DNA from: Octopus vulgaris
Lineage: Eukaryota
Assembly: GCA_951406725.2 (NCBI GenBank)
Contig: OX597832.1
Location: 17,918,001 to 17,982,000, forward strand
DNA: 64,000 bases
Direction of reading: 5' to 3'
Shown: positions 59,895 to 64,000 of the stretch, piece by piece
Layout of the letters: each line of letters begins with the position of its first letter
Numbering within the stretch: position 1 is the stretch's first letter
Made by a program: the position numbers and the translations under genes
The notes under the pieces: generated by a model
Databases searched by the model: none
What the model was told of the DNA's origin: nothing
Seen by the model: only the letters and a program-made list of their open reading frames with translations

Positions 59895-60848
59895 CAGACA
59901 AACATAGAAACGTTCGTATATACATATACGGGTGGATGTGCAAACGAAATAAGAAGTCACTCAATACATTACGTAGGAGTTACATATATTATTATATTAT
60001 AAAGTTCGATTCGGGCTCCATGCAGCTTTCGTTGGTTCCTTACAGGGGAAGGTCTTGGATACAGGTTTCGAACATGACTGCCATGTGGACATCATTTCCA
60101 GCAATCAAATTAAGAAGGAGGCATATTTTCATCGTTGCTAAGCACTGTTGCAAATGACATATTCGAAGGATCCTTTCCCTATATTTCACGGGTGAAGTAT
60201 ATATTTAATCATAGATGCATGGACTCAGGCAGGGTGGCATTACCCATAGACCTTCACAAGTTCTCAGATTCTAGTAGGAGAGCTGACTAGAAGAAAGGTA
60301 GAATCTAACTCGGACACTGCTTGAATACTTGCAATATAGTGAACTCCAGTAAGTAGTAAGTGGTATTATAATTCATACCAACCAATTTGTCAACGACGTT
60401 GTTTGAACTTACAACATACCAACCCCCGTAACAAATATCGATAATTTCAAAACCCATAATGTTAACTATATTATCCATCATATTGGAAGACGATAAAAAA
60501 ATTAGCGAACCATCTCGGTGCACTAGTGTGTCTATCAGATCATCGGCTCGAATGAATCTTGGATATATTTAGCGGAGGATTATACTCCGGTGTAGATTGA
60601 AAAATAGGTTTTTCTTTTAAGGGTCCCTCCCTTCAGTAGAATCTAACACCCTGTTGTAGTCTATAGCTGATGCTTTCCCTTATGACTAAAATATAAAGAT
60701 ACAGGTCCTGTTACAGTATGAGTATTGTAGCAGGACCTACAACGCATTTTTTTAATATCCAGCGCGTCAGATTACAATTCTGTATATATTGCTCATTTTC
60801 ATTTTCCGGTAAAGTGTTATGTATTCTACAAAATTGTTCAGATTTCAA

Positions 60849-61260
60849 TGAGCTGGCAGAATCGTTAGCACGCCGGGTGAAATCCTTAGCGGTATTTCGT
60901 CTGCCGTTACGTTCTGAGTTCAAATTCCGGTGAGTCGACTTTGCCTTTCATCCTTTCGGGGTCGATTAAATTAAGTACCAGTTACGCACTGGGGTCGATG
61001 TAATCGATTCAAACCGTTTGTTTGTCCTTGTTTATCCTCTTTGTGTTTAGACCCTTGTGGGTAGTAAAGAAATAGGTATTTCAGTTGCCGTTACGTTCTG
61101 AGTTCAAATTCCGCCGAGGTCGACTTTGCCTTTTATCCTTTCGGGGTCGAATAAATAAATACTATTACGTACTAGGGTCGATATGCTCGACTTAATCCGT
61201 TTGTTTGTCCTCGTTTGTCCCCTCTATGTTTAGCCCCCTGTGGGCAATAAAGAAATAAAT
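60849..61260 (+). mobile_element. SINE family B, dimeric copy
   Basis: A box TGGCAGAATCG, B box GAGTTCAAATTCC (twice), Meta-like gcctttcatcctttcggggtcga domain (twice), tail …gcaataaagaaat. Confidence 0.85.
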
Positions 61261-61774
61261 CAACATATTAAAATGAATACGTCCTCCTTCGGTGTGAGAT
61301 GTCCAGTTAAGATATATTCTTCTTTCTGAAAAGTCTAATACATCACTAACGTAGGTAAATTATTGCAACGAAGGGCATTATGATTGCTTCAATTATAGCT
61401 TTTCCGTTTTCATAAAGCGTCTGCAATGTGATTTAGTTCCATATCGATTTATAAGTGTAAATATATTCTGTCTTTTAAAACATGAATAATTACAAGGAAG
61501 ATGTCTGTTGAGTTGCCGCTTACTGAATTTTCTACAATCTTTGTTAAATTCATATTTGATATTTTTTCCTTACGTATTTGGTTATTTGCAGCTAACACCC
61601 CGTATATCGTCTATTATTAATACAGATTATGAAAACTACTATATGATAAAGCTATTCAGTTTCCTTCTACTTTTATAGTACATTAACCATAATCAGATTG
61701 TTATCTACACAGAAATATTTGGAACTTTAGAATTCATCCTCTGACTTTAGCTTGCATTATTATATCTCTTGTGA

Positions 61775-61975
61775 GACAGAATCGTTAGCACGGCAGGTGA
61801 CATGCTTAGCGGCATTTCGTCCGTCTTTGCGTTCTAAGTCCAAATTACGTCACTTTATCTTTCATCCTTTCGGGCGCAATAAATAAAGTGCTAGTGAAGA
61901 ACTGGGGTCGATGTAATTGAATTGTCCCCTCCTACCAAATTAAACGCCTTGTGACTTTAGTAGAAAGGATTATTA
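61775..61975 (+). mobile_element. SINE family B, monomer, decayed
   Basis: cagaatcgttagcacg…tgcttagcggcatttcgtc…ctttcatcctttcggg…ctggggtcgatgtaat. Confidence 0.75.
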
Positions 61976-62409
61976 TGTCAGTTGTAAGAAGACGAGCCGG
62001 CAAAATCGATTATATCCTAGTAACACAGTGTTTCGGCAAATGGCCCGAGAGATAACCTGCACAAATACAGTTTGAATTTAGAATGTAAAGTTATAAAATC
62101 AATTATTCCAGGTCATATTTTCCCGTACTGTAATTTTAGCATATACCTTTTAATCTTAAAAGGTATATGCTTCCATATGGAGAGTGTAGAGCATCCACAT
62201 ATTTAGGGGATATTAAATGTTCATTATCTTAACTCCAACACGTGACTACAACATATTATGTCGACACCGGAAGTATGAATGTCAGAGTCTTCTCTGACGA
62301 GAGGATGTGACATCAAAACAGGCTATTATTTTAAAGGAAGCTGATTTTGCCCGTTTCTCTACCGGTTCTGATCTCTCGCACCTTAATATATTAACAGCAT
62401 CGATAGTGG

Positions 62410-62457
<48 letters not shown>

Positions 62458-62464
62458 CGACGAC

Positions 62465-62516
<52 letters not shown>

Positions 62517-62939
62517 GTGATGGTGATGAGTAGGAGCTGGAGAATTTGGGATGTTGAAGATAATAAAAATAATAAGTCGAAGAGTAACAAAGGAAAATAA
62601 GCGTAAGATATGCTAAATAAAAAATTTACAAGAAAAAAAAAACATATCTAATAGACAACTTTTGGTAGTTCAAGAAAAAATATTGGCATAATTAATAACG
62701 ATAATGGAGACAACATGATTTATTTGGGTAAATGGGTGCAATAGTGAAAAAAAAGATTGAAGCAATTCTAATGGCGGCAGCTATTGTTGTTGTTGTTGTT
62801 GCTGTTCAAATAATAATAATAATAGTGATTATTATTATTAGTATTGTTATTCTTCATGATCGTGAAAATTATAACGTTGATTATGATCGTCAAAATATTC
62901 ATCGTTACGAAAATGATAAACACGAGAAAGAGCACGAAT

Positions 62940-63360
<421 letters not shown>

Positions 63361-63917
63361 ATAGTTTCATTTATTTGCCACGAAGGCGAAGGGTGGGGTT
63401 GACAGAGTGCAGCTACTGCTGCCGGCATTGTTGATGCCAATGGTAATAGTAATGATGGTGATAGTGACGACGACTAAAATGATTTTAACAATCTAAACCC
63501 CATCCATTAATATAATGAAAATGGTGATATTTCTGGAGACGATACTCAGCAAGATTTATTCGATGACGGCAATGATCATGATGACAATGACATTGACGAT
63601 GATTATGATGATCACGGCTATGAATATGATAATGCTACTACAAACTAATTATATCATTAACACAATTATTATAATTAAGAAGAATGAAGACGGCGATGAT
63701 GATGATGATGGTCTTGCTTGTCTTGTAAATTATGTCTGGTAGATTTTTTAATGCTGTAATGGTATTTTTGGCTTAAAAAATTCTCTTTCTGTGTATCTAC
63801 ACCAATCTCCATCAATGGAAATATGAGTAAAACTAAGAAATAAACGAAAAACAAACGAAGTCTGTGATAGAAAAGTACATACATACGCACAGACATATAC
63901 ACACATACATACATAAA

Positions 63918-64000
63918 GAGCACTCCGTCGGTTGGGACGACGAGGGTCCCAACTGATACAATCAACGGAACAGCTTGCTCGTGAAATTAACGTGCAAGTC
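63918..64000 (-). mobile_element. 3' end of a SINE family D copy, cut by the window edge
   Basis: agcactccgtcg.tt..gacgacg matches 6071-6093. Confidence 0.55.

Noticed and set aside
59980-60700. Possible decayed LINE ORF1/endonuclease start on the minus strand
   Set aside because: Only faint motif resemblance; cannot be supported without a profile search.
62294-62325. CTGACGA-gatg/catc-AAAAC hammerhead-like string
   Set aside because: The invariant G12 is missing, and there is no helix I or III.

Overview
This is AT-rich, extremely microsatellite-dense eukaryotic DNA with no recognisable host protein-coding exon, so it is probably a large intron or intergenic region. The (TA)n/(TAGA)n/(GAT)n/(AAT)n load and the tRNA-derived SINE families suggest an octopod cephalopod genome (inference, not tested). 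Almost all listed ORFs are simple-repeat artefacts. Real content: at least four tRNA-derived SINE families; decayed mariner/Tc1 and hAT DNA transposons; LINE relics (R4/Dong-like, L1/Tx1-like, RTE/CR1-like); a 15-unit ~165-bp triplet-built satellite; and a probably mis-assembled mosaic at ~52-59 kb. The most interesting signal is a set of short non-coding elements carrying minimal type I hammerhead ribozyme motifs with palindromic helix III, of the Penelope-like element/retrozyme type. One is a tRNA-headed, hammerhead-tailed SINE-like element with an inverted partial copy and a 13-bp target-site duplication (12689-13285). Another is a 96-bp-arm palindrome containing a hammerhead-like core with a compensatory G3:C8 swap (41911-42144).
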